Source of the DNA: Anthoceros angustus
Taxonomy: Eukaryota; Plantae; Anthocerotophyta
DNA length: 64,000 nucleotides
Direction: 5' to 3'
NCBI GenBank assembly: GCA_010909165.1
Contig: MU008171.1
Coordinates: forward strand, 1,178,001 to 1,242,000
Notes under the pieces: generated by a model
The model's database searches: none
Told to the model about the DNA's origin: nothing
The model's input: only the letters and a program-made list of their open reading frames with translations
Shown here: in pieces, positions 38,522 to 51,365 of the stretch
Layout: each line of letters starts with the position of its first letter
How positions within the stretch are numbered: position 1 is the stretch's first letter
Made by a program: the position numbers and the translations under genes

Positions 38522-38949
38522 TACTGAGCAGCTAGGTAGCTCATCAGCTCTGGCACGTCTTCCTGGCCTTTCCACGAATTGAAGCGTGCCATGGCTGCCT
38601 GGAGCGTTACAAAGTACTGGTGCAGTGGCCAGCACGATGTGTCGGGGGCACATTTCTGCTGCACTCGACAGATAGGTTTTCTAGGAATGCCTGGTGATCA
38701 GCTGGCTTCCAGGAGAGAAGCTTGGGCAGAGAAGGCCGCCAGATGCACCGGCCATGCAGAAGGGGCCCGACCACGTCCTCTAGCTAATCAAGCCAGCAGG
38801 GGTGGATGATTCTGGCTCTCGCAATCGTGCAGGATACGAAAGAGGCGTAACAGCATAGACTGTGACTAAACTATGTTAGCAGGGGCCGCATGCAGGCCGT
38901 TGAGGCTCTCGGTGTTATGGTGGACGCAGACTGTCCTGTCTCCCATACT

Positions 38950-39150
38950 ACCTATATGCTAGGAGACCAGCTAGCTGTTGCGTTCCATGAGTATGGACAG
39001 ATTCTCACATCCAGAGGCCTTGGAGGCCAATGTTCTGGGAACACATGCTCCTTTTGCCGTGTCTTTCCTACAACTGGAGACCAGTAGACGAGCCTGAGCA
39101 GTTCCATTGCAGGCCCGAAGACGTGAGGGTCGGTCTTTTTCCCCTTCATC
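38950..39150 (+). pseudogene. 3' part of the same decayed glycosyltransferase duplicate
   Basis: atgctaggagaccagct...gattctcacatccagaggcct...gttctgggaacac...cagttccattgcaggcccgaagacgtga matches 57822-58030. Confidence 0.85.
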
Positions 39151-39399
39151 ACCAGCTTCTGTGCTAAGAGGTGTTGCACTTCTCTATTTAGTCTAATTAT
39201 ATACCTACACGGTGTGTATTAATTAACTTATATTTTATATATGAAGATTGATGTTTAGATTTTTTTATTTAGCTTGAAAATTAAATGTGACCTGATTTTT
39301 CATTTTAGTCTAGATAATTACAATCTTTCCCCTTACCACCTCCTTGACTACAAGTCTTTCCATTCACTTTGGCACAATTCCTGGGCTTCCTTTTGCTGG

Positions 39400-39900
39400 C
39401 TCTCTCAAGCTGCCAATTGGCTTAAAAGGCTCGAGTTTGAACCTTTTATACTCTCAGGGTGCCTACTCCCTACTCTTAGCTTCCCCTCTCTCACATCCCC
39501 CAACCACCACATCCATAGGGCCCTCGAATTGAGATACCTTCGTCTCACTTGGTCTCCTCTCTCTTCCTCCCCTCCTTTCACGCCCAGACTTCGTTTTTAC
39601 AAGGAGGAGTTCGTGTCAATCCCTCTTCCGGTTTCCCTATCCCGCAGGCTACCTTAGTTTTGCCCTCTCTTTCAAACTCCGTACACTAGTTGGTCAATTC
39701 CGTGTTAGCTCCTATCACCTTCGGATCGAAACCGACCACTACAAGCTCACACCTCATCAAGAAGAACCAATGTGCGAGCTCTTCTCCTTGGACCTTGGAT
39801 CTGAGTCGCATTGTTCTTCTATTGTCTCGCCTATGCTGATATTCGGGCTCGTTACAATCTTCTTTTCGACTGTGCTGGTTTTTCCTTGCTTGAGAGTGTC
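39400..39900 (+). mobile_element. Degenerate 3' remnant of a LINE (C-terminal zinc-knuckle region)
   Basis: ~39675-39850 translates LRTLVGQFRVSSYHLRIETDHY...MCELF...ESH, resembling the FRxSSHxLxIETGR...CxxC...ExH...C tail of LINE ORF2 proteins. Confidence 0.5.
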
Positions 39901-40189
39901 ATCTGGTCCTCCCTTGGAGTGAGATCTTTATAAGAATGTTACTTTTAGATTTCCGCTTTTCCCATGAGAGTACATGGTCCTTCCTTCGAGTGTAATCTTT
40001 ACAAGAATGTTAATGTCAACTCTTGAATCGGTTGAATCTGTACTTGGATGAGGTGTTTAGTGTGATGTTTAGAAGAATGAATGTTACTTTTAGATTTGTA
40101 TGTTACTTTTAGATTTCTGCTCCTCCCATGAGAGTACATGGTCCTCGCTTGAAGAGTGATCTTTATAAGAATGTTATTGTCAAACATCC

Positions 40190-40935
40190 TGCACTTGAAT
40201 GGGTTGAATCGGTACTTGGATGAGGTGTCTAGTCGATTGAATCCGTACTTGGATGGGGATAATTAATTGAATCTATATTTGGATGGGGTGTTAATCATCC
40301 TGCACTTGAATCGGTTGAATCTGTACTTAGATGGGGTGCGTAGTTGATTGAATCGATACTTGGATGGGGTGCATAGTTGGTTGAATCGGTACTTGGGTGC
40401 GAGTTGATTGAATCGATACTTGGATGGGGTGCATAGTTGGTTGAATCGGTACTTGGGTGGGGTGCGTAGTGACTCGGTTGAATAGGTACTTGGATGGGGT
40501 GCATAGTCGGTTGAATCGGTACTTGGATGGGGTGCGTAGGCGGTTGAATCGGTACTTGGATGGGGTATTAAGCATCCTGTACTTGAATCGGTTGAATCTG
40601 TACTTGGATGGAGTGTTAAGCATCCTGCGCTTGAATCGGTACTTGGATGGGGGTGTAGTCGGTTGAATTGAAACTTGGATGGGGTGTTAAGCATCCTACG
40701 CTTGAATCCGTACTTGGATGGGGTGTCAAACATCATGTGTTAGAATAAATCGGTATTTTAATGGGCCGGGTGTTAAGCATCATGCGGTTGAATCGATATT
40801 TGGATGGGTTTTCTAGTTGGTTGAATCGGTACTTGGATAGCTTGTCTGGTGGGTTGAATAGGTACTTGGATGGGGTGTCTAGAGGGAAAGTATGCCATTG
40901 GCATCACACGCTTGAATCGGTACCTGGATGGGGTG
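40190..40935. repeat. Imperfect minisatellite, core GTTGAATCGGTACTTGGATGGGGTG (~25-45 bp units, ~20 copies)
   Basis: Directly visible; explains the repetitive ORFs at 40263-40736. Confidence 0.92.
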
Positions 40936-41319
40936 TCTGGAGGGAAAGTATGTCCTTGGTGCAAGTAGCTTTTGCACTCTATGGTGCAGGTTGTCGGGTT
41001 TGGTATCTAGATGGATGACCTAGAGGGAAAGGATACCCCTGGTGTAAGTAGCTTAGGCACACGGGTACCATGGTGCAAGTTGAAAGGTACCAGGTCCCAT
41101 TCGGAAATATTGTTCTTCATGGACTAGAATAGATGCTTTTCTTCTTAAAAAAGGCTTAGTGGACTAGAATAGATTCTTCTTCATCATGGAAAGGTTTTAG
41201 GTTTTGTCTTTCCTGCAAAATTGTTATCCAAACAAGATTTCATCGTAAGTCAATCCTAGATATCAGTCCTTAACTCTTACCTTCGGGAGTGACATCTAGA
41301 CAAAAAGAGTTCATCGAGA

Positions 41320-41752
41320 CTTTTATGTAGATGTCACTTCTAAAGTCCACCTTTTATGTAGATGCCACTTCTAAACTCCACCTTTTATGTAGATGCCACT
41401 TCTAAACTCCACCTTTTATGTGGATGCCACTTCTAAACTCCACCTTTTATGTGGACGCCACTTCTAAACTCCACCTTTTATGTGGATGCCACTTCTAAAC
41501 GCCACCTTTTATGTGGATGCCACTTCTAAACCCCACCTTTTATGTAGTTGTCACTTCTAAACCCCACCTTTTATGTAGATGTCACTTCTAAACCCCACCT
41601 TTTATGTAGATGTTACTTTTAAATCCCACCTTTTATGTAGATGTCACTTCTAAACTCCACCTTTTATGTAGATCTCACTTCTAAACTCCACCTTTTATGT
41701 AGATCTCACTTCTAAACTCCACCTTTTATGTAGATGTCATTTCTAAACTCCA
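41320..41752. repeat. 31-bp tandem repeat (CTTTTATGTAGATGCCACTTCTAAACTCCAC), ~14 copies
   Basis: Directly visible, head-to-tail without spacers. Confidence 0.95.
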
Positions 41753-42640
41753 CGATCAAATGACCTTCGGTTGAAACACGGTATGTGATGGACTGTCTCC
41801 TTTCAAGAGTGACATCTATGGAGAATCCACAATCAAACGAGTTTTTGTCGGGACATCATTGGGATGGGATACTATCCATCCATCTTTTCTGTCCATCCTA
41901 TGCTACTTAGTGCCCAGATATCTCTCTAATGTCCTCCGCTACTACTTCAATCAAGGTCAGGTGCATGAATTGGGTAGGTATATATTTATGAAACCCTTCA
42001 AGACTATTAAATTACATGCACGATAAAGAAAGGTTTGAACTCCCAATAAGATAAGAGAAAAGATTGACCTCCCAATAAAATAAAGAGGCGTTTGAGCTCC
42101 CAATAAAATAAAGAAAGGTTTGAGCTCCTAGTAAGGTGTTTTCTATTTATGGAGCTCCCACCTAGGAAGTCAAAAGGTTTGAACTCCAATAAGAATGTTT
42201 TCTTATTTTTGTAGCTCCGAATTAGAAAGTCAACCAGAGCCCTCGCTATAAATTATACGATAACGAAAGGTTTAACTTCCTAGTAAGGATATTTTAACTT
42301 CCCAGTAAGGATATTTTAACTTCCCAGTTTAACTTCCCAGGAAGGATATTTTTTTATTCGTAAACGTCCCAACTAGGAAAGTAGGATATTTTAACTTCCC
42401 ACTAAGGATATTTTTTTATTCATAAACGTCCCAACTAGGAAAGTCGACCGAACCAGATCTTGGATTTGAGAAAAATTTACAAGTGCCAATTATCACACAT
42501 GAAATTACAGGTGATGAAAGTTTGTAAAGGTATTACATCACACATGAAATTACAGGTGATGAAAATTTGTAAAGGTATTACATTACAGATGAAGTTATAG
42601 GCGATGAAAGTTTAAAAAGGTGATACAATTTTTTTCAAGA

Positions 42641-44236
42641 CTAGACTACGATCTGGTGGAGAAAATTCACCAAGCTAAAGTGTGTTGAATTAGCCCCATC
42701 TTGATCACGTCTCGGTATGAGAACCAGTGTGGAGGGAACCGATTCGGATTCCACGCACTTGAAACTATGAAACTACATAAATCAATTAACAAAAAATAAT
42801 AAATAAAAAAGGAACTAATTTGGATTCCATACACTTGAGACCGTGAAACTATATAAACTGGTTTTAAAAAATATATCTAAACAGATAAAAATTAGAAAAT
42901 CGCAAAAAGAGTTCAAACGATACCTGAGATAATCCGCGAAGTAATATTCGGTGAAACGGTTCGTCCAAAGGAAAGACGAGGGACCGATGGTCGTTCTCAC
43001 TCCAATTCGCAAAAATAGCTTCCTGTAATGATACAATCGGCAATAATTAGCATATGATAGACGGACACGATATGCCTCCATATATGGTATTGCCCGATGT
43101 CTGGAACCAACCTCAAGTTGCTGTAGAATTGGCGAAGAAGAGTTTCGCTTCAAGATATCCCGAAACCGGTGCTCTACTCTTCGCCATGCTGACATGGCTG
43201 TGTTCTTGGTTAACTCTTGAGAACCAGCCCTGGCCCTGGCAGTCCGGGCGTATCGTTGCAGGATTTTCGCCTGCTTTCTATCATGAATTAGGAAAACAAC
43301 CAACACAAATCACACAACCCGCAGATTCAGACATCACAAATTCATGCAGCCAGAACAAACCTGCGCGTCCATGTCAACGTCGTTGCGAAATGGCTCCCAC
43401 GCAGCCCTATCGGCAGCTGCAGAAGGGCCAAATGCAGTTACCCGTTCCAATGCGGTGGGAGCGGTCTTCTCACCTGCAGCAAAATATAAGACTCAGGACT
43501 CATCCCGATGACATAGGGCAACAACCAAAAGAGCTCTGCACAGCACATAGCACAAAGCACAAATCACAGCAGTGCACATCACATTACCCCAAGGTGGCGG
43601 AGCAAACAAACTGTCTATCATGTTGGCATCCATTGGCGGAGCCAGCTCCCGAAGGAGACGATCGTTGTTCCATCTCCTATAGTGTTTATTTGCCACCTGC
43701 CAAAACCCAGGCGCACCATTTCAGCATATCTCCTAGCACCCGCAAGCAAGTACTCAGAAGCACAACATATCCAGGGCACTACCACACTAACCCTGTAACT
43801 TCCATCAGCCAGCCGACTCTTTTGCTCCAGCTCACGGCTTCCCCCTGTTCCCACCCAAGTACAATAAGCAAATAACTTCAACTGAAAAAATGTTACATGA
43901 AGAGCTCGTTGATTTGTTTCCAGCAACCTGGGCCACACACCTGAGGCTAGCCTCCGACGGTGAGACCGACATTTCTTCCGGCTCAGAACGGCGGATGTCT
44001 CATCCACGCTTTTCACTGCACAATTCATCAAATCAAGTCACTTAATTCTCCCTTTCCTGAAAACGTTCAAGCCATTTCATCCACACGTCCAACCCTACCT
44101 ACCACCCTGATGTTTGCAAGACCAGCATTCAGCTCGACACTCACAGGCCAGGGGTCAATGCAACCATACCAAAACATGACTGCACAAGCCAGTCTTCAAA
44201 CTCGGATCCCCTGGTTCGACGATGCAGGGTCTCCAT
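42641..44236 (-). CDS. R3H-associated/R3H-domain protein (R3HDM4-like), ~8 short exons; possibly decaying
   Basis: Phase-consistent splice model: METLHRRTRGSEFEDWLVQSCF|VKSVDETSAVLSRKK...|GGSRELEQK...SYR|VANKHYRRWNNDRLLRELAPP...FAPPPWG|...AAWEPFRNDVDMDAQ|AKILQR...AWRRVEHRFRDILKR...LE|EAIF...DEPFHRILLRGLSQ|FH(G/S)(L/F)KC. RRWxNDRLL and FHRxLL.G..Q.FHGL are family-like motifs. Confidence 0.65.
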
Positions 44237-44605
44237 GAATTCCAACCCTCCCTTTCCCAAGCGGAAGGTCCACCCGGAGAGGAACTCCTCACGGGGAGTC
44301 TCACTCCAACTTCTCTCAGAGAAACCAAGATCTGGATCAGCCCACCGGTTCCACCAGACCCAAGCTGGAGGTTGGAGGAGAAAGGGATACAGATATTACA
44401 GACATGCGCGCCGATGGTGGCACAAATCAGAGGCCGAAGTGAAGAGAGACCGAAGCGGCAGGGCGTGGAGCCAACTGTGCGGATTCCCAGGGTCGGCTTT
44501 GCAATCTACAGTCAATTTGTTGTGAAAAGATATACTCATAGCACAAGAATAAAAGATAATGGAGAAACTTGGGATAGATGGGGTGCTATGCATACCTTTG
44601 GATTA

Positions 44606-45428
44606 ACTAGCACACACACATACGCAGCTAGTAAGGAAGCGATAAGTGCTAGCTTCCCACTAGTAAGGAAGCGATAAGTGCTGGCTTCCCAGCGGTCTAG
44701 GACCTCGTCAATTCACTCCACAAGATACTTGCACGATTCTCAGCGCTCTCAACCTCACAACACAGACTAGGCAGCCCTAACCGACGGCTCGCAGGCCACC
44801 TTTTCGAGGTGCTGCTCTTTATTGAATGAATACAACGATGAAACTGCTATTCACGCCCAACTCACACGCTCTTGATTCCACAAAGCTTACTAGCTGCTCC
44901 ACAACAAGCTTAGCTAGCTCTCCACAACAAGCTTACTAGCTAGCTCTCACAACAAACACTAGCTAGCTCTCCACAACAAGCTTACTAGCTAGCTCTCCAC
45001 AGCTTACTAGCTAGCTCTCCACAACAAGCTTACTAGCTAGCTCTCCACAACAAGCTTACTAGCTAGCTCTCCACAACAAGCTTACTAGCTAGCTTTCCAC
45101 AGCTCTCTCAACACAAGGCTTACAGCGCACACTTGCTTGCTCTCTCAAAGAGTGAGTCTAACTTCCTCAAAGCCCTTTCTCTAGCCCTTATATATCCCGC
45201 AGCCTGACCTCAACTAGGCAGCTGTTAAATATAGGGATTCTTACAGACCATTGATCACTAAGAGTCCCCTCTAGGCAGCTCTTCATAAGTGGTTGTAGCA
45301 ATTCCTCTCTAACAAGAGAGAGCATAAAGCATGCAAACATGCATGTTCTTAATAGGGCAGCTACTAACTTAACTTTTTACCTCTTTTAACTTTTCACCTT
45401 TCTATCTTATTTCACCAGTATCGTTATT
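44606..45428 (-). repeat. 3' LTR, containing a ~26-bp tandem repeat (AGCTTACTAGCTAGCTCTCCACAACA, ~8-9 copies, 44883-45105)
   Basis: Collinear with 51366-52307; adjacent to the PPT. Confidence 0.88.
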
Positions 45429-48400
45429 CTCTCCCCTACTGGGAAGATGTCATTGTCCTCGATGATCTCCAGTGTAACGCGAGATCATCCATGATCCTTA
45501 TTGCACATCTTCAGGTGAAACCCAAACAGGATCTGCGTAACCACGAAGCCTTACCAGATACTCTGGTACATTACCATGGACAGCATGTGCTTCTTTCTCT
45601 GCGGGGAATTCAACAATTTCCCGTAGACCTTGATTGGTTTGAACCAGGATGACATAATTCTTCTTGTTCATATCCTCATTCTCTTTCGAAATCACAAATG
45701 GTTTCAGCAAAGAGACATGAAACACATAGGCTTAACTTTGAAGTTAACCCTTGTGGTAGTGGGATAAGTCTTCAATTTCACCCACACCTTGTCATTTACT
45801 TAAACTTTGCCTCTTTTCTGTGCCTGTCAACAAACTTCTTTTGCCTGAGCTTTCGCCAGTATCCTTTTAACAACTTCATGCCTGGCCCTTAACTGCCCAA
45901 TGAATTCACGTGGTTCTCTTGCTACTGTCTCAAACACGCCAGCATTCAACATAGAAACTACGTCCATTGCTTCGTTACATCATCCGAAAGGTGTGTAGCC
46001 TGTGGAGCTATGCTGTTATTATAACAAAATTACGCATCCTCAAGATGATTACTCCAGCTCACCGTCCATCCGCATATAGTGTCGTAAGTATTCTTCTTGG
46101 ATTCTATTCACCCTCTCATTGATCCATCTCAGTATCGGGGTGGTACGTGCTCATACATAATTGCACTCCTAAGCTCTTCATAAGCTGTTGCCAAAACTTT
46201 GCAGTAAATCTAAGATCTTTGTCACTCACAATCTGCGTAGGCAGTCCATGTAACACATATACATGCTTCTGGAATAACTGAGCAACTTCAGAAGCTTTCA
46301 CTCGCTTCTTCGTAGGGATGAAGTGTGCTTGCTTGTTGAATCTATCAACCATTGTCATGATAGGTGTATGTCCATTACTGGCTGCCAATGGCATAATGAA
46401 ATCCATTGATATATTTTTCAAAGGCCCACTTGGAATAAGCAGGGGTAACAACAAACCTTACGGATTTGTTTGCTCTACCTTATCCTGCTGGCAGTATACA
46501 CAAGACTTAATATACTCAACAATATGCTTGTACATTCCAGCCAAGAAATGCCTTTCAACTTCTCATAAGTTGGGTCAATTCCTCTATGACCTGACTTGGC
46601 ACATCATGACACTGCAAGCAACTTCCTTCTCAACACATGAGAATCGGGAATCACAATCTGCTTTTGCTTGAACATCAACAAGCCATTTCTAAGCTTAAAC
46701 TTAGATCCGGTTGCTCCACTTCATTGATCCAATCTCGCATGGATCTCGCATAAGCTTCCTTGATCTGCGTGACCCTTGGCTCAATCACCATCCGTGTTGC
46801 TAGCTTAGGCCTCTTCAACAAAAAGCTTATCAAACTTAAACTCGCTATGACTCAAAGCATGTGCCACGATTCTCCTTCCCGCTTGTACTTGATAGACACA
46901 TCATACATTGCTAGGAAATCTTGCCATCTAGCTGTCTTGCGCTTAGTCGCATTGATTTGTAAAGAAGCTCGTGCTTACATTGTCTGACATGACAAAGATC
47001 TTCCTAGAAGATAATGTCTCCAAATCTTGAGACAATTGATGATACCATCTCCTTTTCATAAGTGGGGTACTTCCTTTTCATGTTCATGCACTTCCTTGAT
47101 TCGTAAGCCAGCCTACCTTCTTGCATGAGCACTCCACCAATTGCAATATCGGCGCATCAATATATACTTCTATATCCTTCTTGGATCATAGATTGCCAAT
47201 CTTGGTAGTCCGAGTTTCAACTTCAGAAACTCAAATGCCCTCGACATTCATCATCCCACTTCCAAGCCTTCGCCTTCTTCAAGAGATCATTAATGGGGCG
47301 CAATCTTGGCAAACATCGGTACAAATCTTCCGTATACAGCCAATCCCAAAACATACGCACCTCGTGCACATTCGTTGCGGAGCCAACTCAGATGGTTTTA
47401 CCTTATCGGGATCCATCCCGATACCATCCGCAGAGACAATGAATCCTAGGAAGTCTATCTCTTCCTTAACAAGTCACACTTTGTTATAGCTAAGAACAAA
47501 GAATTTGCTCTTAACCTTTCTAACACTTTCCTCAAGTGTTGGACATGCTCTTCCAAGGTAGAATCAGATATCATGATGTCATCCAAGTAGATCACAACAC
47601 ACTCATCCAAGATCTCGAATATAGTATTCATGAGAGTCAAACGTTGGTGCATTAGTGAGTCCAAATGGCATGACAAGGAACTCAAAGATCCATACCTTGT
47701 TCTACAAGCGTCTTGTATTCATGTCCTTCGCAATGAATCGTAATAGCCATTAGATCCAAATTTTGGTGAAATACGTCTTAGCACCTCTCAATCTGTCAAA
47801 CAAGTCATCCGTCATTGGCAAAGGATATGAATTCTTCACTATTATCTGATTGAGTGCTCTATAATCCAAGCATAATCTCAATCCTCCATTCTTCTTGCAT
47901 GTGAACAACACTGGCGCACCAAATGAGGAATTTGAGATTCTCACACAGCTTTGGCTAGTAGGTTAGACTTTTGTCTCTTCAGCTCTTGTAGCTCATCCTG
48001 CGATAATCTATATGACGCTCTTGAAGGCGGTGTACTTCCTGGCTTGAGATCAATTTCATGATCTACAATTCTTCTCGGAGGTAAAGGAGGCAACTCATCA
48101 GGCATCAAGTCCTTGAACTCATTCAAGACAACTGCACTTCCTTTTCATGTTCATGCAACTTCCTTGATTCGTAAGCCAGCCTACCTTCTTGCATGAGCAC
48201 TCCAATTGCAATATCGGCGCATCAATATATACTTCTATATCCTTCTTTGGATCATAGATTGCCAATCTTGGTAGTCTTGAGTTTCAACTTCGAAACTCGA
48301 ATGCCCTCGACATTCATCATCCCACTTCCAAGCCTTCGCCTTCTTCAAGAGATCATTAATGGGGCGCAATCTTGGCAAACATCGGTACAAATCTTACACG

Positions 48401-51365
48401 CTAGCCAATCCCAAAACATACGCACCTCGTGCACATTCGTTGCACCCAACTCTGTATATTTACCTTATCGGGATCCATCCCGATACCATCCATGAGACAA
48501 TGAATCCTAGGAAGTCTATCTCTTCCTTAACAAGTCACACTTTGTTATAGCTAAGAACAAAGAATTTGCTCTTAACCTTTCTAACACTTTCCTCAAGTGT
48601 TGGACATGCTCTTCAAGGTAGAACGTATATCATGATGTCATCCAAGTATATCACAACACACTCATCCAAGATCTCGAATATAGTATTCATGAGAGTCTAA
48701 ACGTGGTGCATTAGTGAGTCCAAATGGCATGACAAGGAACTCAAAGATCCATACCTTGTTCTACAAGCGTCTTGTATTCATGTCCTTCGATGCGAATCGG
48801 TAATAGCGCCATTAGATCCGACTTGGTGAAATACTTAGCACCTCTCAATCATCAACAAGTCATCCATCCTTGGCAAAGGATAAGAATTCTTCACATTATC
48901 GATTGAGTGCTCATAATCCAAGCATAATCTCAATCCTCCATTCTTCTTGCGTGAACAACAGGCGCGCAAATGGGGACTTTGAGATTCTCACAGCCCTTGG
49001 CTAGAGGTTAGACATCTGTCTCTTGACTCTTGTAGCTCATCCTGCGATAATCTATATGGCGCTCTTGAAGGCGGTGTACTTCACGGCTTGAGATCAATCT
49101 CATGATCTACAATTCTTCTAGGAGGTAAAGGAGGCAACTCATCGGGCATCAAGTCCTTGAACTCATTCAAGACAACTGCACTTCCTTGGAATCTTTGGCT
49201 GCTCGAGACTCCATCTCAAGACCATCTTCTAGTCCTTGCAAGACAAGTAAAAGAGTTCCTCTCCATCCTTTACACAATGTTTGAGCTCTTCTTAGAGATG
49301 ATATCATCAATGTTGTCTCCAAGCCTCTTGAGAACCGCACAACTCACTTTGTGCTCTTCATCTCCTAAGATCTCGAATATATAGTCATGAGAGTAAACGT
49401 GGCTGCATTAGTGAGTCCAAATGGCATGACAAGGAACTCAAAGATCCATACCTTGTTCTACAAGCGTCTTGTATTCATGTCCTTCTGCATGCGAATCAAT
49501 AATAAGCCATTAGATCCGACTTGGTGAAATACTTAGCACCTCTCAATCATCAACAAGTCATCCATCCTTGGCAAAGGATAAGAATTCTTCACTATCGATT
49601 GAGTGCTCTATAATCCAAGCATAATCTCAATCCTCCATTCTTCTTGCGTGAACAACACTGGCGCACCAAATGGGGACTTTGAGATTCTCACATAGCCCTT
49701 GGCTAGCAGGTTAGACATCTGTCTCTTCAGCTCTTGTAGCTCATCCTGCGATAATCTATATGGCGCTCTTGAAGGCGGTGTACTTCCTGGCTTGAGATCA
49801 ATCTCATGATCTACAATTCTTCTAGGAGGTAAAGGAGGCAACTCATCAGGCATCAAGTCCTTGAACTCATTCAAGACAGCCTGCACTTCCCTTGGAATCT
49901 TTGGCTGCTCCTGAGACTCCATCTCAAGACCATCTTCTAGTCCTTGCAGCACAAGTAAAAAGAGTTCCTCTCCATCCTTTACACAACGTTTGAGCTCTTT
50001 CTTAGAGATGATATCATCAATGTTGTCTCCAAGCCTCGCTTGCACAACTCACTTTGTGCTCTTCATCTCCTAAGATCTGTATGGTGCGTGAGTCCACGTT
50101 CACACATACCTTGTTGGCCTTCATCCATTCTAAGCCCAAGATGATTTCATGATCATCCATATCTACAACGTGAAGCTCACTGCTCCATTCCAATTCCCTA
50201 TCTGCAAAGGCACTTCTTGCAATTCACCTATGTTTTGCAGCATTTCTTTAGCTTGTTTCACTCCACATGGCTCAGATGTACTAGACAATGTCAAATCAAG
50301 CTTGCTTGCCTTGCTAGAAGAAATGAAATTATGTGTTGCTGCCAAGTCAAGCAACATCCTCGCTTCTGCTCCATTTAGACATCCATGTATGTACATGATC
50401 TCTCCACCGGCCCTCCAAATAATGCTGTCCTCAGGACTTTGAGACTCACCATGTGCCTCACATGTGGCCAATCCGTTTCAGGATCCTGCATCCGCCAATT
50501 CGTAATCTTGAGTCTTCCGTGGATCTCTTTCAATGGCTCGCCGAATGGCCTCCAACGAATTGGACTATACAACTCAATTCTATTAGCAGTCAATCTTCAA
50601 ACCATGATGCGTACTATCATCCTCACTCATGGTAGCAAAGGTGCATGACACCATTGAAGGTACTTACATAATCTCAGACAAGACTGCGCTTGATATTGGC
50701 AAGCTACTTTTTCTATTCAGACGTGAAGCATTCGCAAGTTGGAACTGCATCTTGAGGGCTTCTTTGCAAGATGCCCACTTTGTGATGGTATGTGCTTGGT
50801 TACCCTGGGCAACATTAGTGCCATATCTCTACCTCCAGACCAAAGCATAGCCCTTTAAGAAATTGCCAACAGTACTTAAGTAGTACTCCGGCTCAAGACC
50901 AGATGAGGTGAGATAAGTCTCGACAGAATAGATTGAAGAATCAATAACTTGCAGATCTCTTTCTCCCTCATACTTAATTATCTGGTAGAGCTAATTTCAT
51001 GCTCGACTTCAGAGCCACTTTGAAGATGCCTGCTAAATTCGCCGGAAAGATTTCTTTTTGTTGATCTTCCACATCTTTGCCTTGTTGAGCTGTGGGCTCT
51101 GGATTCTTCTTCGTCATTTTCCTTGAAGTCATTGTCCAAGACACTTGGAAGAACTTGATAAAGTACTTCCACTATCTGTTTCCTCCAGTCTTCTAACTTC
51201 TCTCCAGATGGGCTCATTGCCGGCGCCTCACTCTCTTCACGATGATGAATTTTCGTGCTGCTGAGGATGATCTGAGACCGCCCTCTTGCCTCTCCCTGCG
51301 CTCGATTGACCATCTTTTGCACTCTCTAGTCACTCGGAGGAATGGACTACGCTCTAATACAACAA

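Noticed and set aside
41320-41752. 31-bp repeats as a CRISPR array
   Set aside because: Units are head-to-tail with no unique spacers, there are no cas genes, and the context is eukaryotic.
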